Source of the DNA: Acidobacteriota bacterium
Lineage (GTDB): Bacteria; Acidobacteriota; UBA6911; JACQSX01
DNA: 64,000 nucleotides
Assembly (NCBI GenBank): GCA_036507075.1
Contig: DASXQR010000146.1
Coordinates: forward strand, 32,001 to 96,000
Direction: 5' to 3'
The translations under genes were made by a program, and so were the position numbers. Shown piece by piece: positions 51,356 to 62,666 of this stretch (positions are counted from its first letter, which is position 1; each line of letters begins with the position of its first letter). The notes under the pieces were generated by a model. The model made no database searches. It saw nothing but the letters and a program-made list of their open reading frames with translations, and was not told where the DNA came from.

Positions 51356-53320
51356 ATGCAAGGAGTTAATCCGGGCCAGACAATAAGCCACTCGAGGTTC
51401 AGGTGGATCAGCCCACTCGCCGCGTGTTTCGTTTTGACCGTCGGTCAGATCTTTGGTCAGTCCATGTCAACACGCTATGAGTGGCGCTCCTACGGCGGCG
51501 ACCCGGGTGGCATGCGTTACTCCCGCTTGAAGCAGATCAACCGTTCCAACGTAGCCCAGCTTGAGCGCGCCTGGACCTACCACACCGGGGAGATCGATCA
51601 GAATACCGGAAAAGGGATAGACAGTTTTGCGTTCCAATGCACGCCGATCATGGTTGACGGGATGCTGTACCTGTCAACCCCCAACAACCGCATTATTGCG
51701 CTGAACGCAGAGACGGGAAGGGAGCTGTGGGTCTTTGATCCGAAGCTGGATTGGACAAAAGTGCATAACTACCCCCGCAGTCGCGGCGTGGCGTATTGGG
51801 AAGAAAGCGTCAAAAGGAGCGCAGGCAAACGTATCTTCTTCGGCACAAACGATGGCCGTCTGATTGCGCTTGATGCAATGACGGGCAAGTTAATTGCTGG
51901 TTTTGGTCAAAACGGTGAGGTCGATTTGCGGCCGGGAGTCGCCGATAATCTCCCGGACGAGAATTACATGGTGACCTCGCCACCGGCCGTTTATCGCGAT
52001 CTGGTGGTAGTCGGCGGCGCACGCATCACGGAGACCTCCTTTCCGGGACCGAGCGGAGATGTGCGCGCTTTTGATGCCCGAACGGGCAGGCTCGTCTGGC
52101 GCTTTCACACTGTGCCGCGGCCCGGAGACTTCGGTCACGAGACCTGGGAGGGAGATTCATGGCGGGGGCGTTCGGGTGTCAATGCCTGGGGGCCGCTGAG
52201 CGTGGACGTGGAGCGCGGGCTTGTTTTCATCCCGCTGGGCGCCCCGGCATATGATCACTTCGGCGGGGATCGGAAGGGGCAAAACCTATTCGCCAACTCT
52301 GTGGTCGCGCTCGAAGCGGCAACGGGCAAGCGGGTCTGGCACTACCAGGTGGTCCATCACGATATCTGGGATTATGACATCCCGGCGCAGCCGAACCTGA
52401 TCAGCCTGCGTCGCAATGGCCGCAGGATTCCCGCCGTTGCCGTGCTGACTAAGAGCGGCTTTGTCTTCGTCTTTGACCGGCGCAACGGGACCCCGCTCTT
52501 TGAGATCAAAGAACAACCGGTGGCGAAGAGCGCTGTGCCCGGTGAAGCCTCGTGGCCTACTCAGCCGATTCCGGTCAAACCGCCGCAACTTGTCAGAAAC
52601 AGGATTACTCGCGAACAACTATCTCGCGCTACCCCCGAATCGCACAAGTATTGCATGGAACTCTTCGATTCACTCGACCATCCCGGCGGCGCGTATCAGC
52701 CTTTTGGAACGAAGCCGACACTGCGGTTTCCGGGAACGCTCGGAGGTGCTACCTGGTCTGGGGCCTCCTTTGATCCGGCGACCGACTCGCTATACGTGAA
52801 CGTTAATGAACTGGGGACCATGGGCTGGGTTGCCGGGACAGGTGAAAAGCGTGCCCCTTGGCCAAAGCGCTTTTGGGACCAGAACGAATGGCCGTGCCAG
52901 CAGCCACCCTGGGGGAAACTGGTGGCGATTGATCTTGACAGCGGCAATGTCCGCTGGAGCGTGCCGCTGGGCGTTGTTGAAGAGTTGGCGTCCAGGGGCA
53001 TTACCGATACAGGCGCCCCTAACCTCGGCGGCTCGATTGTCACGGCCGGTGGCCTCCTTTTTATCGGCGGCAGCAACGACCGCCGCTTCCGCGCTTTCGA
53101 CACGCGGACCGGCAAGGAACTCTGGGTTGCAAAGTTGGAAGCGAGCGGCCACGCGACACCAGCCACGTACAGGGGCAAGAGCACCGGCAGGCAATTCGTG
53201 GTTATTGCAGCGGGCGGCGGTGGCTACCTGAGCCGCCATTCGGGTGACGTCCTTGCCGCCTTCGCTTTACCAGCTTCAACCGCCGCGAAGAGAGCCGCGG
53301 GAGGCAAAAGGCAACGATAG
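51356..53320 (+). CDS. PQQ-dependent (quinoprotein glucose-type) dehydrogenase
   Basis: W..YGGD.G..RYS.L.QIN..NV..L, HHDIWDYD, PCQQPPWG, TGKELW; signal peptide; SD GAGGAGG. Confidence 0.93.
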   Translation: MQGVNPGQTISHSRFRWISPLAACFVLTVGQIFGQSMSTRYEWRSYGGDPGGMRYSRLKQINRSNVAQLERAWTYHTGEIDQNTGKGIDSFAFQCTPIMVDGMLYLSTPNNRIIALNAETGRELWVFDPKLDWTKVHNYPRSRGVAYWEESVKRSAGKRIFFGTNDGRLIALDAMTGKLIAGFGQNGEVDLRPGVADNLPDENYMVTSPPAVYRDLVVVGGARITETSFPGPSGDVRAFDARTGRLVWRFHTVPRPGDFGHETWEGDSWRGRSGVNAWGPLSVDVERGLVFIPLGAPAYDHFGGDRKGQNLFANSVVALEAATGKRVWHYQVVHHDIWDYDIPAQPNLISLRRNGRRIPAVAVLTKSGFVFVFDRRNGTPLFEIKEQPVAKSAVPGEASWPTQPIPVKPPQLVRNRITREQLSRATPESHKYCMELFDSLDHPGGAYQPFGTKPTLRFPGTLGGATWSGASFDPATDSLYVNVNELGTMGWVAGTGEKRAPWPKRFWDQNEWPCQQPPWGKLVAIDLDSGNVRWSVPLGVVEELASRGITDTGAPNLGGSIVTAGGLLFIGGSNDRRFRAFDTRTGKELWVAKLEASGHATPATYRGKSTGRQFVVIAAGGGGYLSRHSGDVLAAFALPASTAAKRAAGGKRQR

Positions 53321-53420
53321 CGCTGGAAGCCATTCGCCGGCGCGCTTGCAGGACCTCGGGCTAGGCGGAGTAGAATCGTTCTCGACGAGCTCGAGTTGCA
53401 CGATCCGAAGGAGGGATACA

Positions 53421-54785
53421 ATGAAAAGAAAGAATCTGTCGCGACGGCAGTTCCTGGCAACGTCAACCGGGGCGACGGTACTGGCGGCGTTGCCCCCTGC
53501 CAAGGCGGCTCCGTTCGCGCGGACCACGAAGGCCGCAACCCCTGCCCTCCTCGGCGGTGACCCGGTTCGGACGAAACCGTTTCCCCGCTGGCCCGTCTGG
53601 ACCGACGGGGATGAGCAGGCGATTCTCCCCGTGCTCCGGAGCGGCGTCTGGTCGCGCGCCAACATCGTCTCCGAGGCGGAGAAGAAGTTCGCCCGCCTGA
53701 TGGGCGCTGAACACTGCCTCCTCACGACGAACGGCACGAACGCCCTGATCACCTCGATCTACGGCCTCGGGATCGGCGCAGGCCAGGAAGTCATCACAAC
53801 CCCGTACACCTTCATTGCGACCATTCATGCGATCCTGATGAACAACGCCCTTCCGGTATTCGCGGATATCGACCCGGACACCTGGCAGATCGATCCCGGA
53901 AAGATTGAAGAGAAGATCACCAAAAACACGGCCGCGATCCTTCCGGTTCACATCATCGGCGGAGTGTGCGACATGGATCGGATCAACGCTATCGCGCGCA
54001 AACACAGCCTGAAGATTATCGAGGACGCCTGCGAGGCTCACCTGGCGGAGTGGAAAGGGAAGAAGGTGGGGACGCTGGGAGACCTTGGCTGCTTAAGCTT
54101 CCAGAACGGGAAGGCCCTGACGTGCGGCGAGGGGGGCGCGATCCTGGGGCACGACGAGCGGGCGATGGACCTCTGCTACTCATTCCACAACCTGGGCCGG
54201 CCAAAAGGGAAGTACATGCCACGCGACCGTGGCGGCCACCCCATCGCCGCCTCGAAGTGCCGGATGGCCGAGTATCAGGCGTCAATCCTGATGACCCAGA
54301 TGGAGTCGGTCGTGGAGCAAACGCGGCGGCGCGCCGAGAACGCGAAATACTTCACGGCGAAGCTCCGAGAGATCCCGGGAATCGTACCCCGCAAGGACTA
54401 CCCCGACGTCACTCAGCTTGCGTTCTATTATTACGGCTTCCGGTACAAGAAGGATGCGTTCGACGGCCTGCCGCGCGATCAATTTCTGAAGGCAGTTCAA
54501 GCCGAGGGAGTTTCGATGTCCAAGGGCCTCGGCGTGATCGAAGGCTTTCCGATGAACCGCGAAGGAGCGGTATTGAGCAGTCTGGACTCGAAAATCTTCC
54601 GAAGCGTTTACGCGAAGGAGACCCTCGACTCGTACCGCGACCGGAATCACTGTCCGAAGAGCGACGATCTGGTCGAAGAGACGGTCGGGTTCCACCAGCG
54701 GTACCTCCTGGGTACAAAGGAAGACATGGACGACATCTACAACGCCATCCTGAAAGTGTACGAGAACCGCAAGAAGCTAAGCTGA
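53421..54785 (+). CDS. DegT/DnrJ/EryC1/StrS PLP aminotransferase with a Tat signal
   Basis: SD AAGGAGG before ATG 53421; SRRQFL twin-Arg motif; IEDACEAH; SFQNGKALTCGEGG. Confidence 0.92.
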   Translation: MKRKNLSRRQFLATSTGATVLAALPPAKAAPFARTTKAATPALLGGDPVRTKPFPRWPVWTDGDEQAILPVLRSGVWSRANIVSEAEKKFARLMGAEHCLLTTNGTNALITSIYGLGIGAGQEVITTPYTFIATIHAILMNNALPVFADIDPDTWQIDPGKIEEKITKNTAAILPVHIIGGVCDMDRINAIARKHSLKIIEDACEAHLAEWKGKKVGTLGDLGCLSFQNGKALTCGEGGAILGHDERAMDLCYSFHNLGRPKGKYMPRDRGGHPIAASKCRMAEYQASILMTQMESVVEQTRRRAENAKYFTAKLREIPGIVPRKDYPDVTQLAFYYYGFRYKKDAFDGLPRDQFLKAVQAEGVSMSKGLGVIEGFPMNREGAVLSSLDSKIFRSVYAKETLDSYRDRNHCPKSDDLVEETVGFHQRYLLGTKEDMDDIYNAILKVYENRKKLS

Positions 54786-54891
54786 GCCCCGCCAAACGGG
54801 AGGTAGGGGGCGTGGATGCAAATATAGGGGCATGGCTGAATCCAATCTGATTCGCCACAAGACTGATGAAGAGAGCTCCTCTGGCTCACGA

Positions 54892-55275
54892 TCAGTTTAG
54901 ATACCCCAGGCCATGTCGGCCGCGGCATCGCTTGCAATAAGTGGGCGGTTCCGCGTTGTCTACGCGGTGTCTGACCGGTTTGAGTATCAGTAGATAGGCA
55001 AAGATTGCCTTGAGATCTTCGTCCGTCATATTTCGAAAATAAACCCAGGGCATCATCGAACTGAGATTGCGGACTCCCCCGACTCGACCGGTGCGCATGG
55101 TTTTGATGAACATCGCTTCGCCATAATGGGAGAGGCCGGATGAGTCAGGGGTGATGTTTGCGCTGGCCACATTTCCTTCGAAAACCCCGCCCCCGCCAAA
55201 TTCGAGCCCTGCGATCTCCTCCCCGTTTTTATCCCTCGGCGTATGACAACCCGCACATCTGCCTACATTGACGTA
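54892..55275 (-). pseudogene. C-terminal part of a cytochrome c; 5' part apparently lost
   Basis: CAGCH, ANITPD.SG, MPW..F.NMTDEDLKAIFAYL; upstream ORF part shows no signal peptide or cytochrome similarity. Confidence 0.6.
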
Positions 55276-55503
55276 GTTGGCAAGGCAGTCCTTCTCGAAA
55301 ACCCCGGCAGTGAGACACACACGTTCACCAAAGTTGCAGATTTCGGCGGAGGTTTCGTCGCTCCCCTTAACTTTCTCTCCGGCAACCCCATCCCCAGGCC
55401 TGAGTGCGCAATAGTTCTCCCCAGCGGAGACCTGGCTCCGCAGCCCGACGGTCCGGCCAACATTTTCGTGGAGGCGGGAGAAGCAGAAGAGGGTCACCAC
55501 CGG

Positions 55504-57210
55504 CTACTTTTTGTTTTCAGTGATGGTGGTGTAGCGATCGAGCGGCACATTTGTAAATTTTTCGACTTTGCCGCTCGGAGATGGCCACCGTACTTCAAGC
55601 CAGTCCAACTGGTCGGCTTTTCCCAGGCCGAGCACTTCGCGCATATCGTGCGAGGAAAGATAGCTGCCGCCGCTGGTCTTCAGACGCGAATGCCTCACTC
55701 CTGCGGCCGACCAGGTAATGACCGCCCCGAACGCGTCGCGATTGCAGCCAACCCCCTGCAGTTTGATTCCAATCCAGTGATTCTCGCGCGGGCTGTTGTT
55801 GCGCAGCAGCGTGGGCGCTTCGCCGTTGTTCGCGATCAGAACATCGGACAAACCGTCGTTGTTGATGTCTCCGACAGCCAGACCACGCGCGGAAAAACTC
55901 CGGCCGAACGCCGGACCGCCGCGACCGCTGACGTTTTCCAGGCGGGCTCCATTGTGGTGGAATAGCAGCAGCGGCTCTTTATATTTCACGCGCGATGAAT
56001 ACCGCTCGATCATATCATCGGGATGGCCATTGGCCAGGATCAGGTCCAGATGTCCATCGTTGTCATAATCAAAAAACTTCAGACCCCAGCCGCTCAACAG
56101 CCGGGTGGCTTCCGCGATTCCATTCTGGTGGGCAAGATCACTGAACGTCTCGTCTTTGTTGTTCCGGTAAAGCGAAAACATTTCCTGGTCGACGTTCGCC
56201 ACGAAGAGATCCTGCCAGCCATCCTCGTCGAAATCGGCGGCATCGACACCCATTCCCGAGCGGGGCGTTCCGTTCGCGCTGAAACCGACTTCGGACGGCA
56301 ATCCGATCTCTTCCCACTTATTTTTGCCTCGGTTCATAAAAAGAAAATTCTGGACCGTGTCATTGGCGACAAACAAATCGAGCTGCCCGTCGTTGTTAAT
56401 GTCGGTGGCGACCACGCCAAGCGATTTTCCGAGTGCGCGCTGGATGTCGGTGCCCTGCCCGACTTCAGCGAAAGTCCCATCTCCGTTGTTATGAAACAGC
56501 AGACTCGACGTCGGTTTGAAAACCCGGGGGATGCAATAGTAGCGTTTGCCAAGCTTGTTATCGCCGCAGAAGATGTGCTTATTGAGGCCGAACTCGACAA
56601 AACTGCAGACGAAAAGATCGAGTTTGCCGTCATTGTCGGCGTCGAACCAGACCGCGCTGGTGGTCCAGCCCGGGGCCGCGACTGCCGCTTTTTGCGTGAC
56701 GTCGGAAAACGTGCCATTGCGATTGTTATGATACAGAGTGCACCTACCGTAGGCCGTGACAAACAGGTCCGAATAGCCGTCATTGTCATAGTCAGCAGTC
56801 GCCACGCCCATCCCGAAGCTGCCGGCGCCGACGCCCGCCTTGTCCGTCACGTCGGTGAACGTGCCGTCGTGATTGTTCCGATACAGCGCGTTGCGCGGCG
56901 GATTCTCCGGATGGTAAAAATCCGACGGTCCGCTGTTTACCAGGTAGATATCGACCCACCCGTCGTTGTCGTAGTCGAGGAAAGCACAGCCGGGACCAAG
57001 TGTCTCCGGCAGATAGCGCATGTCGGACATGGCATTGTCATGCACCCATGAAATGCCGCTCTTTGCCGGTGTAATTTCCTCAAAGATCGCTTCGGGTATC
57101 GCCGCGCTTGTGGCACTTCGGCGCAGCCCGGCGGCGAGAATGAAGGTGAGGATGACGCACGTCAGAACAAAGCTTTTGATTCGCCCGCGCGTTGAAACGT
57201 GTTTCATCAC
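55504..57210 (-). CDS. CRTAC1-family FG-GAP/ASPIC-UnbV protein
   Basis: DYDNDG repeats; [10 protein letters not shown]...GLG...EVRWPS. Confidence 0.93.
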   Translation of the reverse strand: MMKHVSTRGRIKSFVLTCVILTFILAAGLRRSATSAAIPEAIFEEITPAKSGISWVHDNAMSDMRYLPETLGPGCAFLDYDNDGWVDIYLVNSGPSDFYHPENPPRNALYRNNHDGTFTDVTDKAGVGAGSFGMGVATADYDNDGYSDLFVTAYGRCTLYHNNRNGTFSDVTQKAAVAAPGWTTSAVWFDADNDGKLDLFVCSFVEFGLNKHIFCGDNKLGKRYYCIPRVFKPTSSLLFHNNGDGTFAEVGQGTDIQRALGKSLGVVATDINNDGQLDLFVANDTVQNFLFMNRGKNKWEEIGLPSEVGFSANGTPRSGMGVDAADFDEDGWQDLFVANVDQEMFSLYRNNKDETFSDLAHQNGIAEATRLLSGWGLKFFDYDNDGHLDLILANGHPDDMIERYSSRVKYKEPLLLFHHNGARLENVSGRGGPAFGRSFSARGLAVGDINNDGLSDVLIANNGEAPTLLRNNSPRENHWIGIKLQGVGCNRDAFGAVITWSAAGVRHSRLKTSGGSYLSSHDMREVLGLGKADQLDWLEVRWPSPSGKVEKFTNVPLDRYTTITENKK

Positions 57211-58442
57211 AAACCGGGCGGCTTTTCACCGCTGGGGATCTCTGTGCCGCCCACTGAGTGCGCTCCCAGTCTCTGGGTACGGTTGATTCTGTCCAGTCTG
57301 ACAAATTCGGCGCGCTCCCGCGCCGCGTCATCTTTCCGCCCGGCGCGTGCATAGGCGCGCGCCAGAACAAAACGCATCTCAGGACTGTCGGGGGCCAGGT
57401 CAACCCCAGCTTCCAACTGTTTTACGGCCCCCGCCACATCGCCGGTTTCAAGCAGAGCGCGTCCGAGAGCGTTGCGCGCGGGGAAGAGGTTGGGAGCGAG
57501 TCGCACGGCATCTTCCGCAAAAGAGAGGGCGTCTTTGTTGCTGCCGCGCTTCAGCAGCTCGAAGGCGATTTGAAGCATCGCGGGAACGTGGGAGGGATTC
57601 AGCCCCAGTTCACGTTTGAACTCTTCCAGTGCGGCGTCAGAGTTTTCCGTCAGAAGAAAGACTCCGTGCGCGTAATGGACATTGGGCGCCTGCGGGTAGC
57701 GCGACACCAGTTCCTGAAAACTGCTGCGCGCGTTTTGCACTCGGCGCGCTGCCATGTCAAAAGCGGCGCGGCCCGCCAACAAAACCTGTTCACGTTTGTC
57801 CGGTGGAACTTCGACCGGCAGGTAAGGCATTCTCAGAGTGTTGATTCCCATCGCTTCTATCACGCTGGAATTCTCGTTCTGGTCGCGCGCAAATTCCCGA
57901 AGAACATCGTACGCCATTTCGTACTCCTCAAATCGGGTCAACAGAATAGCGGTGTGAAAGCGAGCAACAGACGCGAGTTGATCGTCTGGTCGGATGCCGA
58001 GAAAACGTGCGCGTTTCAAATCGGCAAGCGCCTTGGGATATTCTCGCGTTTGGAACTCGCACAATCCCAGCAATGCCCAGGCGGGCGCATTCTTCGGCTT
58101 GAGCGCCACCAGCCGGCGAAACCAGTCGCGCGCTTCGTCATAGCGGTCCTGGTCGTACAGCATGGTTCCGAGATACCAGATTCCTTCCTCCCAGCGGGGG
58201 CGAATCTTCAGGGCCTGTTCGTATAACGACAATGCTTCGGCGATCCGGTCCTGTTCGCGCGCCGCCGTGGCGCGCGCGACAACTTTGGCGAAGCCGTCTG
58301 AGGAAGTTGAAACGCCGGAAGGTTTTCCGGCAGTGCCGGCCTGCGGCCCGCCCTCGGCGCCGGTCGCGGCAAGGATGGCAAAAAGAGCGACAACCCGGAG
58401 CCTGAAATTGAAAAGTCGGAATGTCCTGCCTAAAGATCTCAC
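57207..58442 (-). CDS. Exported TPR protein
   Basis: Signal peptide and tandem TPRs; paralog of 61409-62629. Confidence 0.9.
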   Translation of the reverse strand: MRSLGRTFRLFNFRLRVVALFAILAATGAEGGPQAGTAGKPSGVSTSSDGFAKVVARATAAREQDRIAEALSLYEQALKIRPRWEEGIWYLGTMLYDQDRYDEARDWFRRLVALKPKNAPAWALLGLCEFQTREYPKALADLKRARFLGIRPDDQLASVARFHTAILLTRFEEYEMAYDVLREFARDQNENSSVIEAMGINTLRMPYLPVEVPPDKREQVLLAGRAAFDMAARRVQNARSSFQELVSRYPQAPNVHYAHGVFLLTENSDAALEEFKRELGLNPSHVPAMLQIAFELLKRGSNKDALSFAEDAVRLAPNLFPARNALGRALLETGDVAGAVKQLEAGVDLAPDSPEMRFVLARAYARAGRKDDAARERAEFVRLDRINRTQRLGAHSVGGTEIPSGEKPPGL

Positions 58443-59704
58443 GGCTTTTTTTCCTGAGGAGGCGCCCCCGGCTTCGATTGCTGCTGTGGCTTTTGAACCA
58501 GTTCTCCTCTGTAGGCGGGTCCCAGACCTTCCTGGGCGCCGGGAGCGGCGGCCTGACGCTCCGCCGTCAGCTTTTGCACCGTGGCTCGCTCGCGGTCTCC
58601 TTCATCCTTCCGCTTCAGACGGTAATAAATGGTCGCGAGAATGACATGCGCCTCCACGAAGTCGGGCGCGTCTTTGACCAACTGCTTCAGAATCTGCTCC
58701 GCCTCTGCGATTTTTCCTTCAGCCACACGGACGCCGGCGAGAAAGTAGCGGGCATTCGAATCGCGCGGTCGCACCAGCAGAGCCTTACCCAGATATGCAG
58801 CCGCCTCATCGTACTTCTGTTCTTCCTTCAAGATGATCCCGAGGCTCAAGTTCGCATCAAAGTCAATGGGGCTGAGCTCCAGCTCGTCCAAGAATGCCTT
58901 CCTGGCTGCTTCGCGATCACCCGTCGCGAGCAGGGCCCGGCCGTAATATGAATTTGCCATCGGTAGCTTTGCATTCAATTCCACCGCGCTTTTCAGCTCC
59001 TTCAGGGCGTTCGGGTAGTCATGCGCCATGAACTGAGCCGTACCGAGCATCAGGTGAGCTTCAGCGCTCTCTCCCTGGCGCAGGATCCGGTCCAGCAGTA
59101 TCTGTCCCTTTTCGATCTGCTGATCGCGGATGTATGCGCTTCCCAGCAAATAGTTAAGAGCTGCATCATGGGGACTTGATGACTGCAGCGGCGACAGCAG
59201 GTCTATCGTCTTTTTGTTCTCGCCCAACTGAAGATGACAGTCAGCCAGGAGCATAAGAGCGTTCCTGTTGTCCGGCATGGCAGCGACGATTTTTGAGAAC
59301 TCGACGGCCGCTCTTGGAATATCGGTCGACTTGTAGTACGCGAGCGCAAGGTTGTAACGCACGGTTTGGTTGCCGGGATCGAACTCCAGCGCCTTGTCAT
59401 ATTCCTTGACCGCCTCTTCATATCGGCCCAGCCGGGCGAGCGCCGCGCCCAGATTGGAACGTACCAGCAGGTTGTCGGGACCGGAGACAAGAAATTCTCG
59501 ATACTTTTTGATGGCTCCTTCAGTGTCGCCGTCCTGGTGAAGTTTGACGGCCGCAGCGAAGATTTGTTCCGGCGTCGAGCGGTCCGATTGAGCCAAAACA
59601 GTGGTGATGGAGCAGGCCAATATCGCCACGACTAAAATTCGGACCAGCGGCATGATGTAAGGAAGGATTCGGCGCCTGCTCTTCTGTGAAAGCTCTCCCA
59701 CCAC
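58439..59704 (-). CDS. Exported TPR protein
   Basis: Signal peptide and tandem TPRs (NLGAALA.LGRYEEA). Confidence 0.9.
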   Translation of the reverse strand: MVGELSQKSRRRILPYIMPLVRILVVAILACSITTVLAQSDRSTPEQIFAAAVKLHQDGDTEGAIKKYREFLVSGPDNLLVRSNLGAALARLGRYEEAVKEYDKALEFDPGNQTVRYNLALAYYKSTDIPRAAVEFSKIVAAMPDNRNALMLLADCHLQLGENKKTIDLLSPLQSSSPHDAALNYLLGSAYIRDQQIEKGQILLDRILRQGESAEAHLMLGTAQFMAHDYPNALKELKSAVELNAKLPMANSYYGRALLATGDREAARKAFLDELELSPIDFDANLSLGIILKEEQKYDEAAAYLGKALLVRPRDSNARYFLAGVRVAEGKIAEAEQILKQLVKDAPDFVEAHVILATIYYRLKRKDEGDRERATVQKLTAERQAAAPGAQEGLGPAYRGELVQKPQQQSKPGAPPQEKKP

Positions 59705-59720
59705 GATGATACAGCGTGCA

Positions 59721-61412
59721 TTAGCGGGCAGTAAAGTCCGCCGCGCGACCTTCCCGGATCCTAATATATTGGTCGATCGGCGGATTCACAAACTTCTCCA
59801 GCCTGCCGGAAGGTCCGGGCCATTTTACTTCCACCCACTCCACCTTTTCGGCTTGGCCGATACCGAGGACCTCGCGAGGGTCATGCGACGATAAATAGCT
59901 GCCACCGCCGGTCTTAAGACGAGAACGCTGCACTCCTCCTGCAGACCAGCTAATCCGCGCTCCAATTCCTTCGCTGTTGCTCTTTACGCCCTGCAGCCGG
60001 ACTCCGACCCAGTGGTGGTCGCTTCCCCAGCAGTTCTCAAGCAGCGTCGGAGCCTGCCCATTGCTCGCCACCAGCACATCGATTTTTCCGTCATTGTTGA
60101 AATCGCCCGCGGCAAGACCGCGTGCCGGAAACGAACGCTCGAATACATGGCCTGCGGTGTCGCTGATGTTTACCAGTTTCCCTGCATCATTATGAAAAAG
60201 CAGCGGCGGCTCTCGGTATTTCACCCGGGCCGAGTAGCGATCAATCATGTCATCCGGATGGCCATTTGCCAGGAACAAATCGGTGGCGCCGTCATTGTCA
60301 AAATCCAAAAACTTCAGTCCCCAACCGCTCAACAGGCGAGTTGCTTCCGCGACATCGTGCAAATGCGCTGTATCGGTGAAGGACTGATCCCGATTGTTGC
60401 GATAGAGCGAGAAAATCTCCTGGTCGACATTGGCGACGAACAGGTCCTGCCATCCGTCCCCGTCGATGTCGGCCGCATCGACGCCCATGCCGGACCGCGG
60501 TTGGCCGTGGGCGCTGAAGCCGACATCCGCCGCCAGCGCGATTTCGTCCCACCTGTCGCCGCCCCGGTTCACGAACAGAAAGTTCTGGACGGTATCGTTG
60601 GCGACAAAAAGGTCCGAGAGTCCATCGTTATTGATATCGGTGGCAACCACGCCGAGGGCTTTCCCCAGCGCCCGCGCGATCGCGGTTCCCTCGTCGGTCT
60701 CCTTGAATGTTCCGTTACCCTGGTTGCGAAAGAGGAAGCTGTGGGTGGGCTTAAAAGTTCTCGGGATGCAGTAGTACGGTTGACCGAGCTTGTTTTGGCC
60801 GCAGAAAATGTTCTTGTCAGCGCCGAACTCGACGAAGCTGCAGAGAAACAAGTCCAGAAACCCATCGTTGTCGTAATCGAACCAGACGGCGCTGGTAGTC
60901 CAACCCGGCGCTGAAACGCCGGCGGCATCGGCGACGCTCGAAAACGTCCCGTCTTTGTTGTTGTGGTACAGAAGACATTTTCCATACGAAGTCACCAGGA
61001 TATCGGTGTATCCATCCTTGTCGTAATCGGCTGCCGCCACTCCCATCCCGAATGTCCCACCGCCCACCCGTGCCTGGTCGGTGACATCGGTGAAGGTTCC
61101 GTCCCGGTTGTTCCGATACAGCGCATTTTTCAAGATCTTTGCAGGCTTGTAAAAATCGGACGGACCGCTGTTGACCAGGTAGATATCCATCCAACCGTCG
61201 TTGTTGTAATCGAGAAAGGCACAGCCCGGTCCCATCGTCTCCGGCATGTAGCGCTGAGGGGACATGGCGTTGTCATGCGTCCAGATGATGTGCGACCTGG
61301 CTGGAAGAACCTCTTCGAATACCGGTCTTTGTGTGCGCTCTGCCTCTGTGGCAAAGAAAAGAAAACCACAAAGACACAAAGGGCACAAAGACAGCGCCGG
61401 CGGCGGGTTCAT
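59721..61412 (-). CDS. CRTAC1-family FG-GAP/ASPIC-UnbV protein
   Basis: Close paralog of 55504-57210. Confidence 0.93.
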   Translation of the reverse strand: MNPPPALSLCPLCLCGFLFFATEAERTQRPVFEEVLPARSHIIWTHDNAMSPQRYMPETMGPGCAFLDYNNDGWMDIYLVNSGPSDFYKPAKILKNALYRNNRDGTFTDVTDQARVGGGTFGMGVAAADYDKDGYTDILVTSYGKCLLYHNNKDGTFSSVADAAGVSAPGWTTSAVWFDYDNDGFLDLFLCSFVEFGADKNIFCGQNKLGQPYYCIPRTFKPTHSFLFRNQGNGTFKETDEGTAIARALGKALGVVATDINNDGLSDLFVANDTVQNFLFVNRGGDRWDEIALAADVGFSAHGQPRSGMGVDAADIDGDGWQDLFVANVDQEIFSLYRNNRDQSFTDTAHLHDVAEATRLLSGWGLKFLDFDNDGATDLFLANGHPDDMIDRYSARVKYREPPLLFHNDAGKLVNISDTAGHVFERSFPARGLAAGDFNNDGKIDVLVASNGQAPTLLENCWGSDHHWVGVRLQGVKSNSEGIGARISWSAGGVQRSRLKTGGGSYLSSHDPREVLGIGQAEKVEWVEVKWPGPSGRLEKFVNPPIDQYIRIREGRAADFTAR

Positions 61413-62629
61413 TTCGGTTCCTCTCGAGTGGTGTTGGATCGTTCGCGGAATTTCTGGCGCTCCTTTTCGATGCGTAAGAACTCCTCGCGCTCGCGCGCGG
61501 CTTCCGCGCTTCTGCCTGCCTTTGCGTAGGCCTTTGCCAACGCGAAATGCATCTCGGAGCTATCCGGCGCCAATCTGACGCCGGTGCGCAGCTCCGCGAT
61601 CGCGCGCGCCACCTCGCCGGTTTCCAGCAGGACCCGTCCGAGCGCATTGCGGGCCGCAAAATTCTCCGGAGCGAGACGCACTGCTTCTTCTGCAAACATC
61701 AGCCCGAGTTGGGGAGTACCCCGCTTAAGATATTCAAACGCGATTTCCAAACGCGCTGGAACATTGGAAGGCGATCCCGCCAATTCGCGGCGGAACTCCT
61801 CCATCGCTTTGTCCGGGGCCTCAGAAAGCAGAAAAGCGCCGTAGGCATAGTGAATACCCGGGAACGTCGGGTGACGATCGAGCAGCAGCAGAAACATTTT
61901 GCGAGCCTCCTCCGGGCGCCGCGCCGCCAGCGCGAAGCCGGCCTCCCCGGCCAGCATGACGGCATCGCGCTTGTCGGCGGGAAGCTCGGATGGGAGGTAG
62001 GGAAGGCGCAGGACATTGATGCCTGCCGCTTCCACGTACGGCTTTCCGCCCTTACCAGCGGCCGCCAGCTCACGGATCAGATCGAATCCGAGTTCAAATT
62101 GCTCGAAGCGAGCAAACAAGATTGCCGCGTGGTAAGTCGCGACCGTACGAAGTTCGTCGTTGCCGCCAAGTCCCAGCGTCAAACCCGCGTAGAGATGCCG
62201 AAGGGATTTCTCAAATTCGCGTAATTGGAACTCGCACAGGCCGAGCATGACTGCGGCGGGGCCGTTTTCCCTCTCCAGCGCAACCACACGATCGAATGCT
62301 CGGCGCGCCTCTGCATAGCGATCCAGCTCATATTGAAGCGTTCCCAAATACCACCAACCTTCCGACCAACTGGAATCCAACTTTACGGCGTCGCCGTAAA
62401 GTGCAATCGCTTCTTCAGATTTGCCCTCTTCGCGAGCGCGCGCCGCTCTGGCCTTTAACTCCTGCGACGCGGCCATGTCAGACTCGGCGCGGGCGGGCGA
62501 TTTCGCAGCCGGGCCCGATCTCTTCTCCGGCGGCCGCCGTGGAGCCTGCCGAGGTGTACCGAACGTTTCAGGTGCGGAGGTGGAGAGAAATAAGGTCAGG
62601 ATGAATGAGAATGATGCCAAGCGCTGCAC
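61409..62629 (-). CDS. Exported TPR protein
   Basis: Signal peptide; [14 protein letters not shown] and tandem TPRs. Confidence 0.9.
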   Translation of the reverse strand: MQRLASFSFILTLFLSTSAPETFGTPRQAPRRPPEKRSGPAAKSPARAESDMAASQELKARAARAREEGKSEEAIALYGDAVKLDSSWSEGWWYLGTLQYELDRYAEARRAFDRVVALERENGPAAVMLGLCEFQLREFEKSLRHLYAGLTLGLGGNDELRTVATYHAAILFARFEQFELGFDLIRELAAAGKGGKPYVEAAGINVLRLPYLPSELPADKRDAVMLAGEAGFALAARRPEEARKMFLLLLDRHPTFPGIHYAYGAFLLSEAPDKAMEEFRRELAGSPSNVPARLEIAFEYLKRGTPQLGLMFAEEAVRLAPENFAARNALGRVLLETGEVARAIAELRTGVRLAPDSSEMHFALAKAYAKAGRSAEAAREREEFLRIEKERQKFRERSNTTREEPK

Positions 62630-62666
62630 AAAGAACTCCTGACGTTTATCCTCCTACACTGGAACT

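Noticed and set aside
53244..53420. Extended N-terminus of the aminotransferase in the ORF track
   Set aside because: The SD and Tat motif place the start at 53421
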